From: an uncultured delta proteobacterium
Lineage (GTDB): Bacteria > Desulfobacterota > Binatia > UBA9968
Length of the DNA stretch: 64,000 nucleotides
Assembly: GCA_963728565.1 (NCBI GenBank)
Contig: CAVSLC010000023.1
Coordinates: 96,001-160,000, forward strand
Direction: 5' to 3'
Shown: one piece after another, positions 51,355-62,040 of the stretch
Position numbering within the stretch: position 1 is the stretch's first letter
Layout of the letters: every line of letters starts with the position of its first letter
The notes under the pieces: model-generated
The model's input: only the letters and a program-made list of their open reading frames with translations
The model's database searches: none
Told to the model about the DNA's origin: nothing
Program-made: the position numbers and the translations under genes

Positions 51355-51825
51355 ATGGCCAAAGTCATCGAAGGCACTGTTAGTGCGCGCGGCATGAAAA
51401 TCGGCGTCATTGTCAGCCGATTCAATAATTTTATTACCGTCAAGCTTCTCGAAGGCGCATTGGAAGGTCTGAAGACTCATGGCGGCGCGGATGACGATCT
51501 GACGCTGGTTCATGTGCCGGGAGCGTTTGAAATTCCCATCGTCGCGGCAAGGATGTCAGCCAGCGGAAAATTTGATGCGCTCGTGTGTCTGGGTGCCGTG
51601 ATTCGAGGAGATACGCCGCATTTCGAGTATGTCTGCGATGCTGTAACTCATGGAATTAGCAAGGCCGTTTGGGAATACCACATCCCGATCGGTTTCGGCG
51701 TCCTGACAACCGACAACGTGCAACAGGCAATGGAACGCTCCGGAGTGAAGGATGCGAACAAAGGATATGAAGCCGCTTTAACTGCCATCGAGATGGTAAA
51801 CGTGCTGCGCCAGCTTGCTCGATAA
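51355..51825 (+). CDS. ribH: 6,7-dimethyl-8-ribityllumazine synthase
   Basis: VSRFN, VPGAFEIP, LGAVIRGDTPHFEYV, NKGYEAA. Confidence 0.97.
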   Translation: MAKVIEGTVSARGMKIGVIVSRFNNFITVKLLEGALEGLKTHGGADDDLTLVHVPGAFEIPIVAARMSASGKFDALVCLGAVIRGDTPHFEYVCDAVTHGISKAVWEYHIPIGFGVLTTDNVQQAMERSGVKDANKGYEAALTAIEMVNVLRQLAR

Positions 51826-51897
51826 CCGTATGGATTTGTCGTGGATCGAGGGGACTGGCGTCCGATCGTTCAGAATATCCACAAGATTCTTTTAGTC

Positions 51898-52314
51898 ATG
51901 GGAACTAGGCGCAAAGGCAGGGAGTTGGCCCTCCAGGCTCTCTATCAGATTGAAATTACCGGGGATGCTTCAGCGGCAGCGGTTGATCTCTTCCTCAGTC
52001 ATTTCGAAGGCAGTGCGCCGGCCAAAGAATTCGCGCGCCGTTTAGTATCCGGCGTCGTCAGCCAGCGTCCCGATATCGATCGATTGATCGAGCAGTGCAC
52101 GGAAAACTGGAGGCTCGTGCGCATGGCCAAAGTGGATCTGCTAATTCTCCGGATGGCCGCATACGAATTGATATTCTGTCCGGACATTCCCCTCAATGTC
52201 AGTCTGGATGAAGCTATCGAGATGGGCAAAAGGTTCGGCACCGGCGATTCGGGCTCGTTTATCAACGGCGTGTTGGATCAGCTGGCGCATGCAGAGATTG
52301 CCAAAGCTCACTGA
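51898..52314 (+). CDS. nusB: Transcription antitermination factor NusB
   Basis: [37 protein letters not shown]. Confidence 0.96.
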   Translation: MGTRRKGRELALQALYQIEITGDASAAAVDLFLSHFEGSAPAKEFARRLVSGVVSQRPDIDRLIEQCTENWRLVRMAKVDLLILRMAAYELIFCPDIPLNVSLDEAIEMGKRFGTGDSGSFINGVLDQLAHAEIAKAH

Positions 52315-52318
52315 CAGC

Positions 52319-54913
52319 ATGGAATCGCGTTACCAACCCAGAGAAATCGAAGAGAAGTGGCAGAAATTCTGGGAGGAAAATAAATCCTTTCAAGCTGCCG
52401 AAGAGCAGGGAAAACCTAAGTATTACGTGCTTGAGATGTTTCCTTATCCTTCGGGCCGTATTCACATGGGCCATGTGCGCAATTATTCCATCGGTGATGT
52501 GGTTGCTCGTTACAAGCGCATGCGCGGATACAACGTGCTTCATCCCATGGGGTGGGATGCCTTCGGCCTTCCCGCGGAGAATGCTGCCATCGAACGGGGA
52601 ATTCATCCCGAAAAGTGGACTCAAGAGAACATCTTGTACATGAAAGCGCAGCTCAAGCGTATGGGCCTGTCCTACGATTGGTCGCGTGAGATTGCCACTT
52701 GCCATCCCGAATATTACCGCTGGAACCAATGGATATTTCTACAGTTCTATAAACGCGGGCTGGCATACAAGAAGAGTTCTTTAGTTAATTGGTGTCCTTC
52801 CTGCGAAACGGTCCTCGCTAATGAACAGGTGATTGAAGGCGTTTGTTGGCGCTGTGAATCGACAGTGACTCAGAAAGAATTGGATCAATGGTTTTTTCGC
52901 ATTACCGAGTACGCCGAGGAGCTGTTACAAGATCTCGAACGACTACCTGGTTGGCCCGAGAAAGTTCTGCTCATGCAGCGCAATTGGATCGGCAAATCCG
53001 TCGGCGCAGAAATCATCTTTCCGCTCGTCGGGCGTGCAGAAACGCTGAAAGTTTTCACCACTCGTCCTGACACCGTATTTGGCGCCACGTTTATCTCGCT
53101 TGCGGTTGAGCATCCTTTGGCTTTGAAGCTTTCTCAAGGGCTACCACAAGAAGATGCTGTTCGAGAATTTACCGACAGAATAAAACAGCAGAAGTCGACG
53201 GGGCGCGGCAGTGAAGAAGGTGAAAAGGAAGGAATCTTCACCGGAGCGTACTGCACGAATCCCTTCACCGGTGAAAATATTCCGATTTATCTTGCGAACT
53301 TTGTGTTGATGGAGTACGGCACAGGCGCCGTCATGGCGGTGCCTGCCCACGATCAAAGGGATTTCGAATTCGCCCGCAAATATGGATTGCCGATCCGCGT
53401 TGTGATTCAACCCGCGGGCAGCGTTCTGCGCGCCGAAGATTTGACCGAAGCGTATGTTGATGAAGGCATGATGGTCAATAGCGGGCCGTTTAGCGGTTTA
53501 AGCAACATCGACGGAAAAGAAAAAATTGCCGAACATCTCGAGAAAGAGGGATGGGGTAAAAAGGCCATTCGCTACCGCCTGCGCGATTGGGGTGTGTCGC
53601 GGCAACGTTATTGGGGAACGCCGATTCCGATTATCTACTGTGAGCGTTGTGGCGTCATGCCCGTGCCTGAAGATCAGCTGCCTGTTACCCTTCCCATCGA
53701 TGTGCCGTTTACCGGCAAGGGCCGCTCTCCGCTTGCTGCCAGTAAAAATTTTACTGATGTTCAGTGCCCCCAATGCGGTGTCGCCGCTCGTCGCGAAACC
53801 GACACCATGGATACTTTTGTTGATTCGTCCTGGTATTACTTGCGTTACGCTTCTCCGAGAACGATTACTGCTCCCTTTGATGCTAAACAGGCCGAGTACT
53901 GGATGGCGGTGGATCAATATATCGGCGGTGTCGAGCATGCCGTGCTGCACCTGCTCTATGCTCGGTTCTTTACCAAAGCTCTGAGGGATGTTGGGCTTGC
54001 CAAAATGGACGAGCCTTTTACCAATCTTCTTACCCAAGGAATGGTTTGTAAAGAAACCTATCGCTGCCTGGAGCATAATTGGCTCCTGCCCACCGAACTT
54101 GCCGGTTCGGAAAAGGATGGATGGCGCTGCCCTCATTGCACACGGCCGGTCGAAAAGGGCCGCGTTGAAAAAATGTCCAAGTCGAAGAAAAACATCGTCG
54201 ATCCGGAAGAACTTGTCGCAGCCTACGGCGCCGACACGGCTCGGCTATTCACCTTGTTTGCGGCTCCTCCCGAAAAGGATCTTGAATGGAGCGATCAAGG
54301 AGTAGAGGGGGCGTCTCGGTTTCTAAGTCGGCTGTGGCGCTTTGTTTCACAGCATCGAGAAATGCTGCTTGTTGACGATGCCGATTTGGGACAGGTCAAC
54401 GGAGCCGCTGAGCTCCGTGACCTCCGTCGCATGATCCACCGGACGATCAAGAAGGTCACGGATGATATCGATGGAAGATTTCACTTCAATACCGCGATTG
54501 CGGCTATCATGGAGCTCTTTAACGCGCTCAGTATTGCCGCGAGCCCGGACGGAGGACGCTTGGCTGCGCCGGTGATCCGGACCGGCATGGAAACGATCAT
54601 CCTGCTTCTCTATCCATTCGTACCGCACTTGATGAGCGAACTCTGGCAAAACATCAACAAAAGCCAGCCACTGGATCACAAACCCTGGCCGGAGTATTCA
54701 CCGGAGGCGCTCGAAGAAGAGCAACTTCTTATCGTCTTGCAAGTCAACGGCAAAGTGCGCGGTAAAATGACCGTTCCTGCCGATATCCAAAGAGATCAAG
54801 TTGAGAGTGACGCTCTGGCAGAGCCAAGGGTTAAAGCTTTTATCGGCGGGAAAAAGGTCCAGCGGATCGTTTACGTACCGCGGAGGCTGGTCAACATTGT
54901 CTTGGAGGGATGA
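52319..54913 (+). CDS. leuS: Leucine--tRNA ligase
   Basis: [28 protein letters not shown] editing motif, SRQRYWG, KMSKS, QVNGKVR. Confidence 0.98.
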   Translation: MESRYQPREIEEKWQKFWEENKSFQAAEEQGKPKYYVLEMFPYPSGRIHMGHVRNYSIGDVVARYKRMRGYNVLHPMGWDAFGLPAENAAIERGIHPEKWTQENILYMKAQLKRMGLSYDWSREIATCHPEYYRWNQWIFLQFYKRGLAYKKSSLVNWCPSCETVLANEQVIEGVCWRCESTVTQKELDQWFFRITEYAEELLQDLERLPGWPEKVLLMQRNWIGKSVGAEIIFPLVGRAETLKVFTTRPDTVFGATFISLAVEHPLALKLSQGLPQEDAVREFTDRIKQQKSTGRGSEEGEKEGIFTGAYCTNPFTGENIPIYLANFVLMEYGTGAVMAVPAHDQRDFEFARKYGLPIRVVIQPAGSVLRAEDLTEAYVDEGMMVNSGPFSGLSNIDGKEKIAEHLEKEGWGKKAIRYRLRDWGVSRQRYWGTPIPIIYCERCGVMPVPEDQLPVTLPIDVPFTGKGRSPLAASKNFTDVQCPQCGVAARRETDTMDTFVDSSWYYLRYASPRTITAPFDAKQAEYWMAVDQYIGGVEHAVLHLLYARFFTKALRDVGLAKMDEPFTNLLTQGMVCKETYRCLEHNWLLPTELAGSEKDGWRCPHCTRPVEKGRVEKMSKSKKNIVDPEELVAAYGADTARLFTLFAAPPEKDLEWSDQGVEGASRFLSRLWRFVSQHREMLLVDDADLGQVNGAAELRDLRRMIHRTIKKVTDDIDGRFHFNTAIAAIMELFNALSIAASPDGGRLAAPVIRTGMETIILLLYPFVPHLMSELWQNINKSQPLDHKPWPEYSPEALEEEQLLIVLQVNGKVRGKMTVPADIQRDQVESDALAEPRVKAFIGGKKVQRIVYVPRRLVNIVLEG

Positions 54914-54940
54914 GGCTTGAGAAATACTCTGCGGCAAACT

Positions 54941-55540
54941 ATGAAACGGGCAAGTGCGTTAACCACCCTCGGTTACCTTTGTGCCGTTCTGTTAATGGCT
55001 GGCTGCGGCTATTCATTTGCCGGACGAAGCGAGGCGTTTCCGAACGACATCCGGACGGTTTACATTGAACCGTTCATCAATCAAACGCGCAATGTCGGTC
55101 TGGAGAAAGAACTAACCTCGGCACTGCGTAGCGAATTTTACCGGCGCGGGCAACTCCGTGTGGTTGATACGCTTGATCAAGCCGACGGGATTGTTGCGGG
55201 AGTCGTGCGCTCGTTTGACAGCCATGTTGCTTCAGTTAACCGCTATGACGAGGTGCTGCAGTATGAAACGGCCATGGTTGTCGATGCATCGCTGCGTCGT
55301 CGAGAGCCAAATGAAATTATCTGGCGAACTCAGGGCACGCGCCTGACGGATATCTCTGGCGGCTCCCGGGCCGCGGTAGTGACCAGCTCCTCGGAATTCA
55401 AAACCAGGACGTTGAACGCGTCGGACGTTCGTCGGCTGACTGATATCCAATTGACCGAGACAGAAAACCGCGCGGTGCGGGGACAGCTAGTCGAGCGTTT
55501 TGCGCGAGAGCTGCATCAAAGATTGATGGAGATGTTCTGA
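54941..55540 (+). CDS. lptE: LPS assembly lipoprotein LptE family
   Basis: Lipobox MAGCGY, IRTVYIEPFINQT; conserved position after leuS. Confidence 0.78.
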   Translation: MKRASALTTLGYLCAVLLMAGCGYSFAGRSEAFPNDIRTVYIEPFINQTRNVGLEKELTSALRSEFYRRGQLRVVDTLDQADGIVAGVVRSFDSHVASVNRYDEVLQYETAMVVDASLRRREPNEIIWRTQGTRLTDISGGSRAAVVTSSSEFKTRTLNASDVRRLTDIQLTETENRAVRGQLVERFARELHQRLMEMF

Positions 55541-55588
55541 CGCCGACAGTCCCGTGGCCGCATTCGACGGCTAGCCAGGGTACGCTGG

Positions 55589-55861
55589 CTATGCAGACGG
55601 GGAAGTACGAGCGGCCGCCCGTGCCAACCGGGAAAGCCAGCGTGATGCGGTATTTCGATTGATGATTCCCTTGCTCACCGCCTTACCGAGTGCCTTATTG
55701 ACGGCTTTAATATCAGCACCTTGGGAATCAGGTGTTTGAGTTGAGACTGCTTGGCGCGCTTTTTTGATCAAGGTTCTCACCTTGGATCTCGTCTCCTGGT
55801 TTCTTGCCTTTCGTTTCAGACTTTGCCTGTGTCTTTTAATTACCGACGGATGAACTGCCAA
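55589..55861 (-). CDS. rpsT: 30S ribosomal protein S20
   Basis: HPSVIKRHRQ...RN...SKVRT, KAVSKGIINRNTASR; aggagg RBS with TTG start. Confidence 0.95.
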   Translation of the reverse strand: MAVHPSVIKRHRQSLKRKARNQETRSKVRTLIKKARQAVSTQTPDSQGADIKAVNKALGKAVSKGIINRNTASRWLSRLARAAARTSPSA

Positions 55862-55919
55862 AGCTAGCCTCCTAAATAATGTTTCCATTTACCTATCATC
55901 TTGGGTTATCGGAGTCAAT

Positions 55920-57587
55920 TTGAACGAGGAAGCCGGGAAATTAACGCGGGCCGCCGGAGTGGTAGGCTTTTTCACCTTGCTCAGCCGAATCTCGGGTTTG
56001 TTGCGCGATGTTGTTATCGGCTTTCTCTTCGGCGCGCAGGGTGCCGCGGATGCCTACTTCGTCGCCTTCAGAATTCCCAATCTTTTGCGGCGGCTTACAG
56101 CGGAAGGCGCTTTGACCGTAGCCTTTATACCGGTCTTTACCAACTACCTGGCCAAAGAAGGAAAGACCGAGGCGATTAAAGTTACGCAAATTGTATTTAC
56201 TTTTTTAGCTATATTTCTTGCTTTGATTACATTGTTGGGGGTCGTTTTTGCCCGCCCTCTCACTCAATTCTTCGCGCCCGGTTTTGTCCAGGAGCCTGAG
56301 AAATTTGAAATGGCGGTATCGCTGACCCGTTGGATGTTTCCCTATATCTTTTTCGTCAGTCTGGTTGCTTTGGCCATGGGAGTACTCAACGCGCTGCGCC
56401 ATTTCATGGCGCCAGCGATGTCGCCCGTTCTATTCAACCTCTGCAATATCGTCTGCGCAATTCTGTTTTACCCGTTGCTGGATGAACCGATCCTTGGACT
56501 GGCGTTCGGAGTTCTGATCGGTGGAGCGGCGCAGCTTTTATTTCAGATACCTTATTTGCTGAAACAAGGTATTCATTTGCGGTTTAATTTCAATTTAAAA
56601 CACCCGGGATTGGGTCGCCTGTTGTATCTGATGGGACCCGCGGCGTTCGGCGCGGCGGTGTATCAAATCAACGTTCTGGTTAGCACTATGCTGGCTTCCT
56701 TTTTGCCAAGCGGAAGCGTTTCGTATCTGTATTATGCAGACCGATTTTTAGAGTTTCCGGTGGGAATTTTTGCTATAGCCCTGGGCACGGCAGCCCTCCC
56801 CAGCTTTTCCACATTGGTGGTTACGGGTAACGTCAAAGAGCTTCGCGCGACGCTGGCGTACGCGCTCAGAATCGTTAATTTCATTTGTTTACCCGCGACA
56901 GCCGGGTTAGCTGTCCTGGCGGTTCCGCTATTCGCGATCTTTTTTCAACGAGGCGCGTTCGATTCGACCGCCACGCTGAACTCGGCTCAAGCCCTTGTTT
57001 TTTTTTCATTCGGCCTCTGGAGTATCTCAGGAACGAAGTTAGTCGCGCCAATGTTCTATGCAATGGAGGACACTAAAACCCCGGTATTTGTTGGAATCAT
57101 AGCGTTTGTCATAAACCTCGTTGCCAGTCTTGCGCTGATGGGTGAGATCAATGTCGACGGCAATTCCGCCGGCGTGATAACCCAAATGATCGCTTCGGCA
57201 TCAGTTTACATCGGTTTAGTTTCGTTGGGTCACGGCGGCCTTGCGTTAGCGACGACAATTTCCTCCTTATGCAACTTCTTTATCTTGCTGCTTATCCTGC
57301 ATAGGCGGCTAGAAGGAATTCCTCTACGAGAGGTCGCCCACTCCTTTCTGCGGAATCTCGTCAGTACCTTGCTTATGGCGACACCGCTTTTTTGGCTTGC
57401 TGGTAAAGTTGACTGGACAGGCAGCGGAATCGCCGTTTATTCGAAAGCGTTGATTCTGGCTTGCCTGATTGGTCTCGGAATATCATTGTATCTCGGGCTC
57501 AGCTATCTGCTTAGGAGTACTGAATGGCAGATTTTGGATCAATTCCGGCGCGCGGCGCAGTCGCGCCTGCGCGAGGCTGACTCGTAA
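55920..57587 (+). CDS. murJ: Lipid II flippase MurJ
   Basis: LSRISGLLRD, AFRIPNLLRRLTAEGAL, YYADRFLEFP, FYAMEDTKTP. Confidence 0.96.
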   Translation: MNEEAGKLTRAAGVVGFFTLLSRISGLLRDVVIGFLFGAQGAADAYFVAFRIPNLLRRLTAEGALTVAFIPVFTNYLAKEGKTEAIKVTQIVFTFLAIFLALITLLGVVFARPLTQFFAPGFVQEPEKFEMAVSLTRWMFPYIFFVSLVALAMGVLNALRHFMAPAMSPVLFNLCNIVCAILFYPLLDEPILGLAFGVLIGGAAQLLFQIPYLLKQGIHLRFNFNLKHPGLGRLLYLMGPAAFGAAVYQINVLVSTMLASFLPSGSVSYLYYADRFLEFPVGIFAIALGTAALPSFSTLVVTGNVKELRATLAYALRIVNFICLPATAGLAVLAVPLFAIFFQRGAFDSTATLNSAQALVFFSFGLWSISGTKLVAPMFYAMEDTKTPVFVGIIAFVINLVASLALMGEINVDGNSAGVITQMIASASVYIGLVSLGHGGLALATTISSLCNFFILLLILHRRLEGIPLREVAHSFLRNLVSTLLMATPLFWLAGKVDWTGSGIAVYSKALILACLIGLGISLYLGLSYLLRSTEWQILDQFRRAAQSRLREADS

Positions 57588-58040
57588 ACATGGACCGAAC
57601 TAGGGGAAAGACTGCTGTCAAACCGGGCATTCTGCTAGGATCCCCAATCTTTCGCCGGTACACGCTGGTTCTCGATCGGTTATCAACAGCTTATGCACAC
57701 GAACTGTGATCAACATCATTCCTGGGATCCAAATTCGCGGGCCATTGGCTGGCTCGTATGGGGACTCGCTACTGCCTACACAAAGATAGCTTTTGGTTTG
57801 ACTGATCTCCGGCACAATATCTCTGCTGCTTTGAACGGAGAGCTGGCCAACGTATGAAGAGCGAGTGAAATGTTGTGCGCAGCAATTCTTGATGCAAGTC
57901 GCTCTCTTCTGTAATCGTTTACCATAGCGGCGCGCCCTCTCGAAGAGTTCAAAAGCCTTGCATCCACGACTGAGTTATGTAATAAAATTTACTTAGTTAA
58001 ACGTTTTTTGTAGATGTGTGACGGGAAAGGAGGTGAACTA

Positions 58041-58289
58041 ATGATCGGTAAGAAAATTGTTCTAATGTCAGGGATATCCCTCTTTACTTTGACTCTCGCA
58101 ATTGCAGGGTGCGGCAAGAAAGAAGAGCCGGCTCCACCGCCGCCTCCGCCTCCACCAGCTGCAGAGCCAGCACCGGCGCCAGCTCCGGCGGAACCGGCAC
58201 CAGCGACGCCGACACCGGGTGGCGATGCAGGGGCTCCAGCCACTAGTGAAAAAGCTCCTGTAACGAAGGACGAGGCGAAAACCAAGTAA
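58041..58289 (+). CDS. Small Pro/Ala-rich lipoprotein
   Basis: Strong RBS aggaggtg, lipobox IAGC, then GKKEEPAPPPPPPPP low-complexity tail; followed by a terminator. Confidence 0.75.
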   Translation: MIGKKIVLMSGISLFTLTLAIAGCGKKEEPAPPPPPPPPAAEPAPAPAPAEPAPATPTPGGDAGAPATSEKAPVTKDEAKTK

Positions 58290-58318
58290 GGTTCTAACCC
58301 TCAGGTTATTTGCCAACC

Positions 58319-58352
58319 AAAAAGGGGAAGGGTAATTATCCTTCCCCTTTTT
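58319..58352. terminator. Bidirectional Rho-independent terminator
   Basis: AAAAAGGGGAAGG...CCTTCCCCTTTTT inverted repeat. Confidence 0.85.
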
Positions 58353-58375
58353 GCAATTTGCGCCGTGGAAGGCCC

Positions 58376-59104
58376 GTGGTATCGGATAGTTATTTAACTT
58401 TTACGGAGCATCTTGAAGAGCTTCGTTGGTGCTTGCTAAGGGCGTTGGCTGCGGTTGTTGTCGCTTCACTGGCCTGCTATTTTTTCGCCGATGCGATCTT
58501 TGCGGTTATGGTGGATCCGCTCAAGCAAATTCTGCCTCCCGGCCAAAATCTAATTGGTACTACCGTCACCGAAGCCTTTTTCACTGAAATAAAAGTCTCG
58601 TTTTTAGCGGGCGTGCTTTTTTCCTCTCCTTTCGTTTTTTACGAAGTCTGGCGTTTCATCAGACCGGGCCTAATCGGCAACGAGAGCAGATTAGTCATCC
58701 CGTTTGTTCTGTGTGCGACTTTATTCTTTCTCGGCGGCGCGTATTTCTGTTACCGAATTGTCCTTCCAGTGGCGTTTTCGTATTTTATCGAACAGTACGG
58801 CACTTTGGGAGTTACGCCGGCAATCCGCCTAGGCGAGTACTTCACTTTTTTTTTTCGTATGGTGCTGGCCTTCGGAATCACCTTCGAGTTGCCAATTATC
58901 ACATTTGTTCTCGTCCGGTTGGGAGTCTGGGATCACCGCTTCATGCGACGGTCCTTTCGTTATGCGGTTATTGTGATATTCATACTGGCTGCGTTTTTAA
59001 CACCGACGCCGGATATCATTAATCAATTGTTGTTAGCCGTACCAATGCTGCTGCTATACATTCTCAGTATAGGTGTCGCGTATATCTGGCGTAAATCTGA
59101 GTGA
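58376..59104 (+). CDS. tatC: Twin-arginine translocase subunit TatC
   Basis: EHLEELR, EAFF, EVWRFIRPGL, FGITFELP, AAFLTPTPD. Confidence 0.95.
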   Translation: MVSDSYLTFTEHLEELRWCLLRALAAVVVASLACYFFADAIFAVMVDPLKQILPPGQNLIGTTVTEAFFTEIKVSFLAGVLFSSPFVFYEVWRFIRPGLIGNESRLVIPFVLCATLFFLGGAYFCYRIVLPVAFSYFIEQYGTLGVTPAIRLGEYFTFFFRMVLAFGITFELPIITFVLVRLGVWDHRFMRRSFRYAVIVIFILAAFLTPTPDIINQLLLAVPMLLLYILSIGVAYIWRKSE

Positions 59105-59138
59105 GCTTGTTTATCAGTCAAAAGGACGAGGAGGATTG

Positions 59139-61262
59139 ATGGTTGCATTTGTTATCGCCGTAAGCTTTTTGTCGCTGGTATTCGCTATCTATCTGGCGCG
59201 TTGGGTGCTGGCGCGCGACACCGGTACCCCGAAGATGCGGGAGATATCCGATGCCATCAAGGAAGGCGCTGAAGCTTTTCTCTCGCGGCAGAATCGGACG
59301 ATTATATTGATGTCCGCTGTTTTGGCCGCGGTGATCTTTTTTCTGTACGCATATGTTCGCGCGCCCAGTCCGGCAGATCCGGTCGCGCCCGTACAAATGG
59401 CCTTTTGGACGACTTTTTCTTTCGTTCTCGGGGCTCTTTGTTCGGTGATTGCCGGTTACATCGGCATGTGGGTGTCAATTCGCGCGAATATCCGAACCGC
59501 TTCGGCTGTCCGCACTAGTCTCAACGAAGGCCTGCGCATCGCAATGCGCGGCGGCGCTGTGTCAGGCTTATTTGTCGTTGCTATGAGTCTGCTCGGTGTC
59601 GGCGGCCTCTACGCGCTGCTCGAGTTCCTTGGGCACGACCCGCAGAAGATTCCATTCACGATTGTCGGATACGGCTTTGGCGCATCGTTTGTCGCGCTTT
59701 TTGCTCAACTCGGCGGCGGCATTTACACCAAGGCAGCGGATGTCGGCGCGGATTTGGTCGGCAAAGTAGAAGCCGGCATCCCTGAGGACGATCCGCGTAA
59801 CCCAGCCGTTATCGCAGACCTGGTTGGCGACAATGTCGGGGACTGCGCCGGCCGTGGTGCTGATTTGTTCGAATCCACCGCGGCGGAGAATATCGGCGCG
59901 ATGATTCTCGGCGTGGGGCTCTATCCCTACTTCGGCATCAAAGGAATCGTTTTTCCGTTGGTGGCGCGCGCCCTTGGTCTCCTCGCCTCGATCGTCGGTA
60001 TCATGATCGTTAAAACAGATGAGAACGGCGACCCGATGCACGCTTTGAACCGGGGATATTACGTAACCAGCGGGTTAGCGATGGTTGGCTTTTTCGTTTG
60101 CGCTCAATGGCTTCTAGCTGTCGATCCAGCGAAGTATCCAGAAGCCCAGTCCGCGTGGTTTTACTTTTTTCTCTGCGGCGTCATCGGCATTCTGATGGCG
60201 CAAGCTTTCGTCTATATAACGCAGTACTATACTGAATATAAATATCGTCCGGTGAGAGAAATCGCCGAGGCCTCTCAAACCGGACCGGCAACAAACATTA
60301 TCGCGGGAATCGCGGTTGGCTTTGAGTGTGTAGCGGCGCCGGTAGTCGTCATTTCGGTAGCGATTATTGCTTCCTATTATTTGGGGCTGAATAGCGGAGT
60401 TAAAAATGCGGGCCTTTTCGGCACCGCGGTTGCCACTATGGGAATGCTTGGAACGGCGGCATATATTCTTGCAATGGACACCTTCGGTCCGATCACCGAC
60501 AACGCCGGCGGTATCGTGGAAATGAGCGGCCAGGCCGAGGATGTTCGCCGTAAAACCGACAGGCTCGACGCGGTGGGAAATACCACTAAGGCGTTGACTA
60601 AGGGTTATGCTATAGGATCAGCGGCTCTTGCGGCGTTCCTGCTATTTTCCGCTTATCTCGACGAAGTGGCTCACTATGGTCATCCGCTCGAAGCGGTCAA
60701 CATAGCCAAGCCGGAAGTATTTGTCGGCGCACTGCTCGGGGCAATGCTGGTTTTTCTTTTTTCCGCGTACGCGATCCGGGCAGTCGGCAAAGCCGCGTAT
60801 TACGTTATCAACGAGGTTCGGCGCCAGTTCAAAGAAAATCCAGGCATACTTCAGGGCACGGTAAAACCTGATTATCGTCGCTGTGTCGATATCGTTACGG
60901 TGGGTGCGCTGAAACAGATGATCCTTCCCGGCGTGGTCGCGGTGACGATGCCAATTGGCGTCGGCTTACTGTTCCGCTCTTTCGGCGTCGGTGCCGAGGC
61001 GGTCGCGGCATTTCTAATGGTAGGCACCATCGCCGGTATTCTCGTCGCTACCTTTCTCAACAATAGTGGCGGAGCCTGGGACAATGCCAAGAAATATATC
61101 GAAACCGGTGCCTACGGCGGCAAGGGATCGGAACCACATAAAGCCGCGGTGGTTGGAGACACGTTAGGTGATCCTTTTAAAGATACTGCGGGTCCCAGTT
61201 TGCACGTGCTGATCAAATTATTGGCGACAATTACGCTCGTGTTGGCGCCGCTTTTCGTGTAA
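59139..61262 (+). CDS. hppA: Membrane-bound pyrophosphatase, K+-independent H+-pumping type
   Basis: GGGIYTKAADVGADLVGKVE, EDDPRNP, DNVGD, GDPFKDT; Lys in GNTTKA is the K+-independent signature. Confidence 0.94.
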   Translation: MVAFVIAVSFLSLVFAIYLARWVLARDTGTPKMREISDAIKEGAEAFLSRQNRTIILMSAVLAAVIFFLYAYVRAPSPADPVAPVQMAFWTTFSFVLGALCSVIAGYIGMWVSIRANIRTASAVRTSLNEGLRIAMRGGAVSGLFVVAMSLLGVGGLYALLEFLGHDPQKIPFTIVGYGFGASFVALFAQLGGGIYTKAADVGADLVGKVEAGIPEDDPRNPAVIADLVGDNVGDCAGRGADLFESTAAENIGAMILGVGLYPYFGIKGIVFPLVARALGLLASIVGIMIVKTDENGDPMHALNRGYYVTSGLAMVGFFVCAQWLLAVDPAKYPEAQSAWFYFFLCGVIGILMAQAFVYITQYYTEYKYRPVREIAEASQTGPATNIIAGIAVGFECVAAPVVVISVAIIASYYLGLNSGVKNAGLFGTAVATMGMLGTAAYILAMDTFGPITDNAGGIVEMSGQAEDVRRKTDRLDAVGNTTKALTKGYAIGSAALAAFLLFSAYLDEVAHYGHPLEAVNIAKPEVFVGALLGAMLVFLFSAYAIRAVGKAAYYVINEVRRQFKENPGILQGTVKPDYRRCVDIVTVGALKQMILPGVVAVTMPIGVGLLFRSFGVGAEAVAAFLMVGTIAGILVATFLNNSGGAWDNAKKYIETGAYGGKGSEPHKAAVVGDTLGDPFKDTAGPSLHVLIKLLATITLVLAPLFV

Positions 61263-61338
61263 GCGGCTGGTTTGAAACTTTCTCGTTAGACGTTGTTGAT
61301 CGAGATGGCAGAATATTTTGAGCGATGGTTTTTTTACC

Positions 61339-61428
61339 GCCCGGATGGTGGAATTTGGTAGACACACGGGACTTAAAATCCCGAGGACCGAAAGGTCCGT
61401 GCCGGTTCGAGTCCGGCTCCGGGCACCA
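61339..61428 (+). tRNA. tRNA-Leu (anticodon TAA)
   Basis: Acceptor stem GCCCGGA/TCCGGGC plus ACCA, anticodon arm CGGGA-cttaaaa-TCCCG, long variable arm GGACC-gaaa-GGTCC, T-arm GCCGG-ttcgagt-CCGGC. Confidence 0.96.
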
Positions 61429-61599
61429 CGCGAGCCTGGCTAGAGCATCCGCGGTTCAGCCCAGTCGAGGTTTTGTGTGGTGAAACCTGTGGCCGGTGCA
61501 TCTAGCACCGGGCTACCAGCCACCGGGAACTAGAAGTAAGTTAGTGCTGATGATGCGTGCTTTGAACTTGTAGAGTGGTGAAAAGGAGGTAGTTTCATC

Positions 61600-61836
61600 A
61601 TGCCTCAGTATGAAATCCACGTACTGTGCAGTGAATGTGGTGCCGAACATCCAATGCGTGTTCGCCTGCACCTCGATGACGGTCCAGCCGATAAGCGCAG
61701 TATCAGTGAAACTTACAAGGGAAGAAACCAGCCTCCTCAGCTTCTCGCCGTTGGCGGCCATAAAACTTTGTGCCTAAAGACGGGTAGGATGTTTGTACAG
61801 GAAAATGAGGACCAAATCTTCCTCATACCTCGATAA
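61600..61836 (+). CDS. Hypothetical small Cys/His protein (possible Zn ribbon)
   Basis: aaggagg RBS; CSECGAEH and a distal CLKTG. Confidence 0.65.
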   Translation: MPQYEIHVLCSECGAEHPMRVRLHLDDGPADKRSISETYKGRNQPPQLLAVGGHKTLCLKTGRMFVQENEDQIFLIPR

Positions 61837-61963
61837 GTTGCAGTCTCTAACAAAAGGCTGTACGATTTTCCCGCTCATGGGACAAATAGCGCCCTCCCGT
61901 TGCAGTCTGTATACAATAAACTTAGGACTTGCTCTATTTCCCACGCTTTTTAAGCCGCGGGCG

Positions 61964-61978
61964 TGGCATATGATTTGC
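61964..61978 (+). promoter_or_regulatory. Putative sigma54 (-24/-12) promoter
   Basis: TGGCATATGATTTGC gives GG-N10-GC, matching TGGCAC-N5-TTGC, about 60 bp upstream of ATG 62041. Confidence 0.55.
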
Positions 61979-62040
61979 CCCTCGATTCTTGGATTCTGAC
62001 ATGTAAAGATCGTCGCGATCAAATCACTAGGAGGTTTTCT

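Noticed and set aside
52196-52318. N-terminal extension of LeuS overlapping nusB (similar extensions on the peptidase, rpmF, nusB, rpsT, tatC, hppA and csbD)
   Set aside because: Longest-ORF artefacts; downstream starts fit the RBS and family N-termini better.
54040-54150. Extra Cys/His cluster in LeuS (CLEH...CPHC) before KMSKS
   Set aside because: Falls in the variable leucine-specific domain; probably a lineage variant rather than something new.
58125-58220. Repetitive CCGCCT/CCAGC DNA considered as a repeat array or CRISPR
   Set aside because: Explained by Pro/Ala codons of the lipoprotein; no constant repeat with unique spacers.
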